Assembly: GCA_029858565.1 (NCBI GenBank)
Contig: JAOUEV010000017.1
Span: 1-55,543 of the forward strand
Direction: 5' to 3'
Source of the DNA: Nitrospirota bacterium
GTDB lineage: Bacteria > Nitrospirota > UBA9217
DNA: 55,543 bases
In this document: positions 33,828 to 43,500 of the stretch, one piece after another
Position numbering within the stretch: the stretch's first letter is position 1
Layout: each line of letters begins with the position of its first letter
Translations under genes and position numbers: made by a program
Notes under the pieces: generated by a model
Database searches by the model: none
The model's input: the letters and a program-made list of their open reading frames with translations, nothing else
What the model was told of the DNA's origin: nothing

Positions 33828-34226
33828 TTACCTGCGGGCCATCCTGCGGCGCATCCACAACCATAGCAATAGCAGCGCAAGGAGACCTCCGGGAAGTGCT
33901 GGCAAGCAGGGCTCTTCCTCAGGGATCGCCGGCGACACGATCGGGCGGGAAATTGCTGATGCCACCTGCGTGACCGTGGCTTCGGACACAGGTTCTGCAA
34001 CGGGCTCGGCAGCAGCTTTCCCAGGGACTTTCCTGAGCCTTTTCTTTCCCTGGACCCTGACCGGTCGTCCCTCTTTGTCATGGAGGTGGTATTCACCGTA
34101 GTACAGGTCCCACTCCGCGCACTCCTTCAGGCAACGGTGGCCTCCCTGGTAGTCGGTCTTTCCCGGATGAGCATGGGTCTCAGGCGGGAAAAGCAGAATG
34201 GTCAGGAACAATATCAGGATCAGCAT
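33828..34226 (-). CDS. YHYH-domain exported protein with C-terminal TM anchor
   Basis: Signal peptide, HPGKTDYQGGHRC...EYHLH, C-terminal hydrophobic stretch followed by RRR. Confidence 0.7.
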   Translation of the reverse strand: MLILILFLTILLFPPETHAHPGKTDYQGGHRCLKECAEWDLYYGEYHLHDKEGRPVRVQGKKRLRKVPGKAAAEPVAEPVSEATVTQVASAISRPIVSPAIPEEEPCLPALPGGLLALLLLWLWMRRRMARR

Positions 34227-34233
34227 GGGTGGG

Positions 34234-34262
34234 AGTGTACAGGAAGACCCCCTACCTGTCAA
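34234..34262 (-). promoter_or_regulatory. Sigma70 promoter of the YHYH gene (probably leaderless)
   Basis: TTGACA-17-TACACT, ATG 7 nt downstream. Confidence 0.7.
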
Positions 34263-34290
34263 TATGACCTGTAAAATACGCTTTTTTTAT

Positions 34291-34319
34291 TTGACAACCC
34301 CTGCCCCCGATGTTACATT
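34291..34319 (+). promoter_or_regulatory. Sigma70 promoter of tRNA-Ala
   Basis: TTGACA-17-TACATT with TG extension and AT-rich upstream tract. Confidence 0.75.
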
Positions 34320-34345
34320 ACCCCTCGCCGTTGCAGATAAAATGT

Positions 34346-34421
34346 GGGGCTGTAGCTCAGCTGGGAGAGCACAAGGCTGGCAGTCTTGGGGTCAGGGGTT
34401 CGATCCCCCTCAGCTCCACCA
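34346..34421 (+). tRNA. tRNA-Ala(GGC)
   Basis: 76 nt GGGGCTG...CAGCTCCACCA cloverleaf, anticodon arm CAAGG-CTGGCAG-TCTTG, GTTCGA T-loop, G3.U70. Confidence 0.98.
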
Positions 34422-34466
34422 AAAACAACAAATGGGTTGGCGTAAGCCAGCCCTTTTTTGTTTTTG
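34421..34466 (+). terminator. Intrinsic terminator after the tRNA (repeated at about 34605 and 52631)
   Basis: GGGTTGGC-GTAA-GCCAGCCC followed by T tracts. Confidence 0.8.
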
Positions 34467-34585
34467 ATCAAGTGGGGATCGAACGAGAGGGTCTGGGAGA
34501 GAAACTCTCCCAGGCTTCGGGGGTAACAGGCCGGATTCATCGGCCGCCATAGGGGGCTGGCCCCCTGTGGAAGCGAAGCGCGTAA

Positions 34586-34668
34586 GATCCCCCTCAGCTC
34601 CACCAAAAACAACAAATGGGTTGGCGTAAGCCAGCCCTTTTTTGTTTTTGAGCAAGTGGGGATCGAAC
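34586..34668 (+). repeat. Tandem copy of tRNA 3' end plus trailer (184-bp period)
   Basis: 83 bp matching 34402-34484 with one mismatch. Confidence 0.92.
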
Positions 34669-34690
34669 CAAAGGGTTATGGGGAAAGATT

Positions 34691-35065
34691 CTATCGCTTC
34701 TTCACATATTTCACGCCTTCAACATCTTTCAAGTCACTGTCCTGTGTCCAGATAACCGCGTCATGAATTCTGGCGGTTGCCACAATCACTGCATCCGCCA
34801 TAGGTAATTTTGTTTCATAGCCAATCTTCGCGGCAGTAACGGCGGTCCCGCTATCAAGGTCAATCACCTGTCCCTGCTGCATCAAAGCAACAGCCTGCAA
34901 TGCCGCATCCTCGCCTCTCTGCTGCAAAATCCGCTTGAATACCTCCAGAATGCAGAGCGTCGGGACAAGCAGATCATCGACGTCTTCAATGGCAGGAGCG
35001 AAGAAACCCGCATTCGGTCCATCGGCAAGATATTCGAGCCATCCACAGGAATCGACGAGGTTCAT
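34691..35065 (-). CDS. vapC: VapC-like PIN toxin
   Basis: NLVDSCGWLEY, LPMADAVI, WTQDSD. Confidence 0.9.
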   Translation of the reverse strand: MNLVDSCGWLEYLADGPNAGFFAPAIEDVDDLLVPTLCILEVFKRILQQRGEDAALQAVALMQQGQVIDLDSGTAVTAAKIGYETKLPMADAVIVATARIHDAVIWTQDSDLKDVEGVKYVKKR

Positions 35066-35268
35066 ACGCGGTCTTTCTCCCTGTTCACCGTGGTATCAAT
35101 CCCCTTCAGAAATCCGCGCATGGACTTCACTTTTTTCACCGGCACGAGCTCGATCCGGTTTGCGTAATTGATGACCTGCATCTTCTCTCCCGGCTTGATG
35201 CTCAGAGTCTCCCGAACATCACGCGGGATTACAACCTGGTACTTCGGGGAAACAGTGACGGTTTTCAT
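35062..35268 (-). CDS. AbrB/MazE-family antitoxin
   Basis: VSPKYQVVIPRDVRE..IKPG; GGAGG RBS; stop overlaps the toxin start. Confidence 0.9.
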   Translation of the reverse strand: MKTVTVSPKYQVVIPRDVRETLSIKPGEKMQVINYANRIELVPVKKVKSMRGFLKGIDTTVNREKDRV

Positions 35269-35298
35269 GGCGACCTCCATCGATAGTCTATGCGTAAT

Positions 35299-35327
35299 AC
35301 TATATCATCATCGATGCCCCCTGACAA
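35299..35327 (-). promoter_or_regulatory. Sigma70 promoter of the toxin-antitoxin operon
   Basis: TTGTCA-17-TATAGT; ATCGAT palindromes in the spacer and near the RBS may be operators. Confidence 0.65.
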
Positions 35328-35371
35328 GAGAAAATACATATCTGCCTCTCCTGTCATCACTGCGAGACAGA

Positions 35372-36070
35372 GGCGCATATCTCAAGAAACAGCGCGAGCT
35401 GAGCGACATGTCCCTGCGGGACGCGGGCGCAGCAGCCGGGCTTTCGCACGTCCACGTCAAGGAAATCGAGGACAGCGTCACCACCCCGTCGTTCGACAAG
35501 GTGATGCGGCTGGTAAAGGCCTACCATGCTGACCTGCAGGACTTCCTGAGGGCGACCGGCTACCTGCCGAAGAACACGGAGGTCGCGTCAATCGGCAAGA
35601 TGCGGAAGATCCCGGTCATTTCCTGGGTGGCTGCCGGCAGGTGGACCGAAACAGGCGAGATGTTCCTTGAGGAAGATGTAATCGAGTGGATCGAGACCGA
35701 CGTGAAGGGCGAGCACAACTTCGCGCTGCATGTGAAAGGCAATTCCATGGAGCCGGAGTTGAGCTCCCCTGAAGCAATTGGGCTCGTCTCTCAGGGTGAG
35801 TAAGCTTTTCCGTATCCGCTCGCCGCGCTCACTCCAGAGTTCAAGGAAGGCGAAACTCTCGTTATCAGCCCTACTGCGAAAGCGGAGAACGGCGACTACA
35901 TTATCGTGAAGAATGACGAGGAAGAGGCGACGTTCAAGCAGTATAAGAGATACGACAGTATGAAAATCCTCCACCCCCTCAATCCTCAGTATAATGACAT
36001 CGTCCTGAATAAGGATAAGGAATACCGGGTCGTCGGGGTGGTGATGGAGAAGAAGAAGAGGTATAAGTAA
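35372..36070 (+). pseudogene. XRE-HTH + S24 peptidase repressor (CI/LexA-like), interrupted by an 81-bp insert; native start unclear
   Basis: GAYLKKQRE..SLRD HTH, IPVISWVAAG cleavage loop, VKGNSMEP catalytic Ser; after an in-frame TAA the frame continues EFKEGE..EATFKQY..LHPLNPQY..RVVGVV. Confidence 0.85.
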
Positions 36071-36098
36071 GCCAGCTGTTCGTTGGTTACATTTTTTT

Positions 36099-37307
36099 TC
36101 ACATCAGCGTTACGTGAAAGTTCATCGGACGAAGCACATAGCCGGCGCTTCTCAGGGATGGCCTTTGCAGCGGAAGCACTTTCGGCGCCTTGCTGCTTGC
36201 CCGAAAAACGAGATAGATATGATAATTTGCCAAGCTTTCGGATTTGTCCAGCTCATTTGTTGAAATGTAAAAGCCTCCGCTCAGATTAGCAGCGCTTGTT
36301 GATTTCACTTCAATCGGTCGTTCACTTCCATCTACATCGAATGAGAGGATATCATAACCAGCACCGGCGTTTCTCTGAGATACGTGAACGATCCTTCTAG
36401 CGAGCTCTCTTTTACCCGCATCGATGAATCTCTTTTTCTCAAGTTCGAGGACGACTGCTTCTCCTCGGTCACCAATCCGCCTCAATTGTTTCTGACGCAT
36501 TTCGAAATCACCGGGACCCGTGTTGCCTCGTTCAGGAGTCGTGCGTTGCATGGGCGGCATCTCATCGATAAAAGCCGCCCCCTCTATGGCGTCACTGAGA
36601 ACCGGATAGGAGCCAGTCGCAGTAGCAGTAGCGGATGCGGCCTGATCGGGCGGATATCCAAACACGTGGTACAGCAACCGCATATATAAATAGATCGGTT
36701 GAGACGTTAGATCCGGCCATGTGGAACGGTATTCCATCAGGGCTTTCTGCATCGCAACTTCGGAATCAAAAGTTCCCGGAAGATTGAGCTCAGAAACGAA
36801 ATGCTGAAGATGACGTTTTGAGTAAATGGGCGCGAATCTATCGGGATAGTACAGGAAAAGGATCTTCCCTTTGAACATAGGGGATATCTTGTTTTCTTTG
36901 ATTGCGGCCATGTCATCTGTTTTCGCCGCATCCAGGAGCTGAACAAGAGCAGCCTTTATGTTATCGAAGGCCTGCGTATGATTGCCTCCCCAATGTGCTG
37001 CATGGCGGTATCTCTCTCTGTGGTCGCTCTTCGTTTTGCCGTAGTAGACGCCGAACTTAGCAGCCGTCGCACCCAGGATACGGCCGCATTTATCTAACTC
37101 GCGCTCTAATCTATAGCAAAACGATCGGTTGTCTCTTCCCCTCCCAATTACGAAGTCGTCTATCCGCATCTGCGCTATCTTACGCGGTGTATAATCGGAC
37201 ACAAACCGCCGTCGGCGCTCCTCAGTAGCTCTCCATTCTTCGCGGTCTCTCTCAACAAGAATCGGCACCTGCGCGTTGATCTGTTCTGCCATTTCTATGC
37301 GATTCAT
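36099..37307 (-). CDS. DUF3883 (NOV_C, PD-(D/E)xK) domain nuclease with distinct N-terminal domain
   Basis: IGDRGEAVVLELE, GAGYDILSF, IEVKST, FYISTNE. Confidence 0.85.
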   Translation of the reverse strand: MNRIEMAEQINAQVPILVERDREEWRATEERRRRFVSDYTPRKIAQMRIDDFVIGRGRDNRSFCYRLERELDKCGRILGATAAKFGVYYGKTKSDHRERYRHAAHWGGNHTQAFDNIKAALVQLLDAAKTDDMAAIKENKISPMFKGKILFLYYPDRFAPIYSKRHLQHFVSELNLPGTFDSEVAMQKALMEYRSTWPDLTSQPIYLYMRLLYHVFGYPPDQAASATATATGSYPVLSDAIEGAAFIDEMPPMQRTTPERGNTGPGDFEMRQKQLRRIGDRGEAVVLELEKKRFIDAGKRELARRIVHVSQRNAGAGYDILSFDVDGSERPIEVKSTSAANLSGGFYISTNELDKSESLANYHIYLVFRASSKAPKVLPLQRPSLRSAGYVLRPMNFHVTLM

Positions 37308-37356
37308 GATTAGTCCTTTTTGCTATGGGACATAAAGGAGTGTCTGTTTCTTTCGG

Positions 37357-40170
37357 CTATCCTACATGTATCCCGACTAACGCCGTCGTCACTCGCGCCC
37401 GTTTCTGGCGGTCCGGGATCCATTCCAGGATTACGCTCTTCATGGCTTCATCAAAACGCGCCTGAAGCCTGTTGACATCAAGACCTGCCAAAGACGGCGG
37501 GTTGGCAACACTCTCGGCCTTTGTCCATTCTATACGTTCGCATTCCTCTATATTCCCTTCCGGAACACCCCGCAAAGTGAGCACGCGCGAGGTTGCATGT
37601 CCTGGCTTATCTTCATATCGGACAAGATACCGGGCGTAGATTACTACTTCACTGCCGATCTGTGAAACCTCACCTGTAAAGCTCGGCTCAGACACCTCTT
37701 TTAGAAGAGCATCAATCAACGGATGCCCGATGCCGCCCAGCTCACTGCCGCGCTTTCTGAGAGACAGCGCACGATCAAAGCATACGTTCTCGTAGCGCGG
37801 CGCAAGATGATAGCGGCGCTGCAAGGATTCAGGAACATGGAATGTCCATAGTTCACCTTCCGGCATTGCTGCACCACCGAGACGAAGGATGGTGCTTCGC
37901 ACCCACTGACCCAACTCGTCCATCGTATGTCTGCCCTCGATGCGACGGTAATTTTCCAGGTTGAACTGGGTCAGATCCTGAGAAAGAGCGCTCAGTGCTT
38001 CCCGAGCCCGGTTTGCCTCCTTGATCATCTCAACCATGTCCTTCTCTGTCCTTCGGTAATCCCGATCAACCAGAGCGCGTTTGTACAATTCCTGATAATC
38101 GGGACGGCTTCCTAACAGACCGAGGATTTCGCTTTGAAAATCTTCCCGCACATGCCCTTGTTCATCCACCTTGCCGATGGACTCCGCAATCTCAGTTAAT
38201 TTATATTGAAGCATGTCATAGATACGTTCTTCTACTGTATCGTCGGCAAAAAGGTTGTACACCTGCACTGTCTCAAGCTGGCCGTAGCGATGAATGCGGC
38301 CGATGCGCTGCTCCACAGCCATGGGATTCCAAGGCAGGTCGTAATTGAACAGTATTCTACCGATCTGCAGGTTGATGCCTTCGCCTCCTGCTGACGTGCA
38401 AATCAGGAAGCGCGCACCGTTCTCTTTCCAAAAAGACTCCATCGCAGCGATCTTGTCTTCAAGCGGACCGCCTTTAATATTCGCGATAAAACCATGACCA
38501 AAAATGCGGCCCAATTCCTCGGAAAGAAATTCGAGCGTATCCCGATACTGCGTGAAAATAACAAACCGCTCAGCTGGATTGTCCCGTGATAGATCACTAA
38601 TCGCGCGCACTAGCGTTTCAAAGCGGCGGTCTGTGCCATCCGGCACATGGCTGATGAGATCGCGTACTTTCCGTATCTCATCCGGAATGTCAGTCTCAGC
38701 GAACACTCCCTCTTCGCCTTCTTCATCACCGTCGAGCGACCAGTCGGTCGTCTCTGCCTGTTCCTCTCGCTTCTGCAAACGCCGCCTGACGCGGCCAACA
38801 TAGGCCTCGGCATCACTGTTCGTTGCTGACGCTTCCCCGAGGATCGCCCGGGCCACGGCTTGCGTCTCATCCTGGAGGCGCATGATCTCTTCTGCAAAAG
38901 ATGCAGCTTTCGCGGGTGTCTGCGTACTGCGTCGTCGGGTTTCCAATTCAAGCTGTTTGCGTACGAGCAAGACCAAGAGCCGCCGCCGCAGTGCCTGGCG
39001 GATAGCTCGCGGACTGGAAGACATGATCTTCTGGAACGTCGCCATAACAAAGCCGATCGCCCGCTGCTGGCTTGTAGTCCTCTTTTGATCGATACCAGCT
39101 GCGCTGTAGCCTTCGCGCAGATACTCACTCAATTGATCGTAAAAATGCCGCTCGCGTGGGGCAAGCGAGAAACGTTCGGTATGCACCTGACGCCTGCGGA
39201 AGATCGGCTCGCCGGATGAATCAGTCACTTCGCGTTTTGTGCGCCGGATCATGACACGGTTCAAGAGACCCATGCGGTTATTAACCGCTTCCGGGTCCGC
39301 AAAGAGCTGGTCATCGAGAATCTGGATCAAAGACCAAAACTGAAACGCGTTGCCCTGATGAGGTGTAGCGGAAAGGAAGATAAGATCGCGCGCGTGGTTC
39401 CGCAAGGCCTCTGCAAGTTTGTAGTTTTGCGTGGTCACCGTCTTCTTGCCGCTCTTGGTGCGTGAAACATGGTGCGCCTCGTCGATGATCACTAGGTCCC
39501 ACGGAGCAGCCGCAAGCATCCGCTGCATACGGCGCGGCACTTTAAGCGTATCTATCGAAACGATGACCTGATGGTGACGTTCCCAGGCAGCAGAACCATG
39601 GTCCTGAAAATCCCGGCCCAAGATATCGAAATGCAGCCGGAAACAGCTATCGAGTTCCCTGCGCCAGTTCTCGACCAGGCCGGCAGGGGTCACGATCAGG
39701 ATGCGCTCTACGTCTTTACGCGCTATCAACTCGCGGATCAGCATCCCCGTTTCGATGGTCTTTCCAAGACCGACTTCATCAGCGATCAGCACTCGGCGGG
39801 GAGATTGATTGACCAGATCATGAACCATGAGGATCTGGTGCGGAAGCAAATCCACCCGGCTTGCGGAAAGTTCGCCGCCCGTGTTGGCAAAGCTCATATC
39901 AAGGGCCATCTGCTTGATACGATAGTCCCGGGGATCGTCAAAGCTCCCGGCAGCAAGTCTCTCCCACAAGTCAGCGGCCTTCTCCAGCCATTCAATCGGC
40001 ACGTTCTCGACTCGCTCGCCATCTGCTGTTTTAAAAAGCACCTTGGCCTGATAAACGCCTAACTCTTCGGAGACGCGTATTACCTCTCCGACACCCCACT
40101 CTGGATGGCTCTTCACGCGGACTTTGTCGTCCCGATTGATTGCTATATATGCTGTACTCGTCTCACTCAT
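37357..40170 (-). CDS. SNF2-family helicase (defence-associated)
   Basis: LLPHQ, ADEVGLGKT, DEAHH, LSATPHQG, GGEGINLQ, PWNPMAVEQRIGRIHRYGQ. Confidence 0.93.
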   Translation of the reverse strand: MSETSTAYIAINRDDKVRVKSHPEWGVGEVIRVSEELGVYQAKVLFKTADGERVENVPIEWLEKAADLWERLAAGSFDDPRDYRIKQMALDMSFANTGGELSASRVDLLPHQILMVHDLVNQSPRRVLIADEVGLGKTIETGMLIRELIARKDVERILIVTPAGLVENWRRELDSCFRLHFDILGRDFQDHGSAAWERHHQVIVSIDTLKVPRRMQRMLAAAPWDLVIIDEAHHVSRTKSGKKTVTTQNYKLAEALRNHARDLIFLSATPHQGNAFQFWSLIQILDDQLFADPEAVNNRMGLLNRVMIRRTKREVTDSSGEPIFRRRQVHTERFSLAPRERHFYDQLSEYLREGYSAAGIDQKRTTSQQRAIGFVMATFQKIMSSSPRAIRQALRRRLLVLLVRKQLELETRRRSTQTPAKAASFAEEIMRLQDETQAVARAILGEASATNSDAEAYVGRVRRRLQKREEQAETTDWSLDGDEEGEEGVFAETDIPDEIRKVRDLISHVPDGTDRRFETLVRAISDLSRDNPAERFVIFTQYRDTLEFLSEELGRIFGHGFIANIKGGPLEDKIAAMESFWKENGARFLICTSAGGEGINLQIGRILFNYDLPWNPMAVEQRIGRIHRYGQLETVQVYNLFADDTVEERIYDMLQYKLTEIAESIGKVDEQGHVREDFQSEILGLLGSRPDYQELYKRALVDRDYRRTEKDMVEMIKEANRAREALSALSQDLTQFNLENYRRIEGRHTMDELGQWVRSTILRLGGAAMPEGELWTFHVPESLQRRYHLAPRYENVCFDRALSLRKRGSELGGIGHPLIDALLKEVSEPSFTGEVSQIGSEVVIYARYLVRYEDKPGHATSRVLTLRGVPEGNIEECERIEWTKAESVANPPSLAGLDVNRLQARFDEAMKSVILEWIPDRQKRARVTTALVGIHVG

Positions 40171-40589
40171 GTCAAATTAAACCCCACAAGATAAAATTCA
40201 TTGCCTGCCCGATCCTGTTTGTGCGGTGAACCGAAGATGCGACGCAGGGAAATTCGTTCCAGTCCTACTTCGAACCAGAAGTCGTCGGCTTGATTCAATT
40301 TCCGTTTGAATACGATCTGTACATAGCCGCCCATTCGTTCCAGCTCATTTGCCCGCGATGCTAATAAATCGTGAATGTATGAAGAAACAGAATCCCGATT
40401 CTCCCCTGCTGCTATCAGCACATCTTCGACACCTTCGATGAGGATCTTATGGCCTCGCGGAAAGTGGAACGGCTCTTCCCGCAGTTCGCGGAGATAATCC
40501 AGAAAGCCCATCCGGACTTGATTCGGCTCAATGCCGCCTTCTCTTTCATCCTTCAGAAACTTAGTTTCGATAAGCAGGTATCCTGCCAT
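40167..40589 (-). CDS. Small conserved-looking protein, possibly inactive P-loop (BrxB/BrxF-like role)
   Basis: 140 aa, start overlaps the methylase stop (TGATG), stop overlaps the helicase start (ATGA); Walker-B-like ILIEGVED. Confidence 0.7.
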   Translation of the reverse strand: MAGYLLIETKFLKDEREGGIEPNQVRMGFLDYLRELREEPFHFPRGHKILIEGVEDVLIAAGENRDSVSSYIHDLLASRANELERMGGYVQIVFKRKLNQADDFWFEVGLERISLRRIFGSPHKQDRAGNEFYLVGFNLT

Positions 40590-43500
40590 CAGATCGCCCC
40601 TCCATGGCGCAACAGAGGCGCGCCCTCTATGACCCCGATCACCCGGTCGATTGCGCCTTCCCAATCCGACCGAAGCTGCCGTACATACCGCAAACCGGCA
40701 AGAATTTCAGAACGCCTGGCATCGAACCGTTCGAGCCACGGCAGAACACTCTCTCCTGCATCTGACAATGCGATAAGAGCATGCAGCAAGTCTACCAGCA
40801 GCACTTTGTTATTCGACGGCAATTCGCCCTCAAACAGCTCTTCCTGCGTTTCGCCGGTTTTCGCTCTCAGTATTGAGAGTACATCTTCCAGCCGTTCCCT
40901 TGGTTGTTTTACCTCGTAGGTACGACCGCGTCCGGTCCTCCCTTTCACTATCAGTCCTGCCTTTTTCAGATCCTCTGTGCTCACTTGAAGCGCCCGCGTA
41001 CTCTTGGTGATCTTGTCCATGCTCACTTCGCGGCTATGCCCGGCCAAAAGTCGCAGCCACGCATAAGTGAGAAAATCCACCTCTTCCAGTTCCGGCGGCA
41101 AAGGCCGCTCGCGCGTCACGAGTTGATCAACGATGCTGCTGATGTCCTGAAGCGCCTTATGGAGAGGATAAGTCATTCCTTCATGGTCCAGCACCTTGTC
41201 ATAGTGCGTGCTGTAAAGTTCCAGACACTTGCCGATGCAGATCAACCGCACATCCGGTTCCGGCAATGGTTTGTTCCCGTATCGCCCAGCCTCAATAGCC
41301 AAAAGTTCCGCCCGTGCAAGACGACGAACTTCCTGTCGAATGCCCGCCCATGATCGCGCAGTCGGGTCTTCCTTGCGCTTACGGCAGACGTGGATAAGGT
41401 CAAATGAAATATTTTCTTTATCCATCAAGTGGAGGGATGATTCTGCTTCGCTATGAACTGGGTAAACAGCGGCAATTTCAAAGCCAGTATCGCACAATGA
41501 CTGGAGCAACCCTTCCCACACAGTGCCTGCCTGGTCAGTGTGATGAAACGTAAAAATCAATAACCCGTCTTCCGGCAATTGGTCATGAACACGCTGAAAT
41601 ACAGTGGAAAGTCCCTTATAAAAATCTTCCCGGCTTTTTCCGCGTGTCCGATTTTCGACAACCTCTTCCGTTTTTGGGGTATATTCCGGCGCAAACCAAG
41701 AGTAATGGCCTTTAAGTGCCAGCCGCAGCCAAACATAAAAGAAGTCGGCGAGCTCCGAGTAATTGACGTTGCCAACGTAAGGCGGATCAGTAACAACAAT
41801 CGTGGGTGTTTCCGATGATACTTCTGCTGAATTCGCGCAATGCAACAAACGACTAGCATCAGTCAATTTATCGGTTTGAATTTTAACACGGTTCTCATCA
41901 TCAGTATTCGCTTTAAAGTCCCATCCTTCTGTTTGGTAATCAACACCGCCAACTACGAGCCCATATTCAGACAAAAAGGACCCAGCGGCGATACTCGGCA
42001 AACCAAAAACATTATTTTCCGCTGTCGTTATTTTTGTTTGGAAGTCGTGCCGTGCAAAAACGCCCTCAGCGGTCAGACTGCCTACTGCAGAGCGAGATAC
42101 ACGGTGGCGTGTAAATAGATTGTTAGCTTCCAGCGTATTTGAATACGCACACAACAGCATCTCCATCAGCTTCTCGTCCTTCTCAGCCATGATACCTTCA
42201 AGCAATGTTGAAAGCGCAAGAAGCTGGCGCGTCCCAAACATATCGTGCCATTGATTGTAGTGATGTTGAAGCAGTCGCGCAGTTTCTGCCCCATTTGGAA
42301 TAACACTCTTGGGATATGGCAGGCCTGCCTTGTTCTTCTCCCACAGGCGTTCTGCATTTTGTAAACGTGCCTGATCGGAGGCTGACCAGCGCTTAAAGAA
42401 CTTGCCATTTTTAGGAAGAAGCAATCCCTTTATTTCATCATTAGAAAGGGTACCTGATGCTTGTGACAAAACGCCGAACATCGTTTGCTGACTATCATCC
42501 ACCTCTTCTACCGGCAGGACATAGGCTTGAAGTGCATAAGGACGAACTGGCAATCTGCGCTCCTGCGGAAGCAGTCTAATGCTTTCAATGATCCTATCCT
42601 TGTTTCCACAGCGGCACTGGAAATAACCCTTCTCAGGAAGATTGCCTTTGCTCGGATCATAGTTATGATTGCACGCGGGGCAAGATAATTCACCCTCGGG
42701 TAGGGGGCCGCGCCACTGCCATACCGCTTCACAGGATGGGCAAAGCATCACAGTGATCTGAACTTTTTTCCGTGCCTTCTTCTTGTCCCACGGAACCCTT
42801 GCCTTGAAATTCTTCTCACAGTGAGGACAATCCAGCGTCACAAGGCTTTCATTTGATTTTTTCTTAGGCTTGGGGGGCTCGACCGTGTAAGTCCATGCCG
42901 TAGTAGGCCTTCCTTCGCCGCCGGACCCGCGAGAGCTGTTAACCATCATTGCCGGTTCAGCAATAAGTGAAGCAACATCCACTTCCCAATCAAAGGTCTT
43001 CTTGCATTCTGGACATTTTGTATCGCGATGATAGCGTACAGAAACCGTCTTTGCGGCTACGAAATAATCCTTGAACAATGGGACTTCTTTTTTACAGGTG
43101 GGATCTGTGCAAATCGCATGTTTGACCCAGAAGGTATAGATGACATCCGCATCAATGCCGGACGCTACCTCGGTCTTGTACAGATCAAGAAGCGTCTCGC
43201 GCATGGGCTTTCCGTTATTCCAAGCTACAGGTCGCGCTGCCAGTCTTTCGAAGGCTGCCTTGAGCGCATCGATTTCGACCGGTTCCACTTCTGTCTTGAC
43301 GATGAACCAGGCAACCGGATTCAGGTCTATTCCCACGACCTTACAGCCAAGCCGCAGCGCCTCCACCACAGTCGTACCGCCACCCATGAACGGATCGAGC
43401 ACCACCTTGCCCGTGGTATCCGGGTCTTTGTTGTGGTCCTTGTAGAACTCCGCCATGAGGTCAACCGGCGTTCCGTCTTCTTTGTATGCCGGTTTGAGCG

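Noticed and set aside
34198-34655. Short ORFs over the tRNA and its repeats (also 52436-52681, 54163-54678)
   Set aside because: They are translations of tRNA/att repeats; their mutual similarity comes from the DNA repeat
34402-34668. Repeat-spacer-repeat pattern as a CRISPR array
   Set aside because: Repeats are 83 bp of tRNA 3' end plus terminator, only two adjacent copies, and no cas genes
35168-35371. N-terminal extension of the repressor given by the ORF track
   Set aside because: It overlaps the antitoxin gene and its promoter on the opposite strand and does not look like HTH sequence
35801-35803. Programmed stop readthrough (Sec/Pyl) in the repressor
   Set aside because: The stop is TAA and lies inside a repeat-flanked insert
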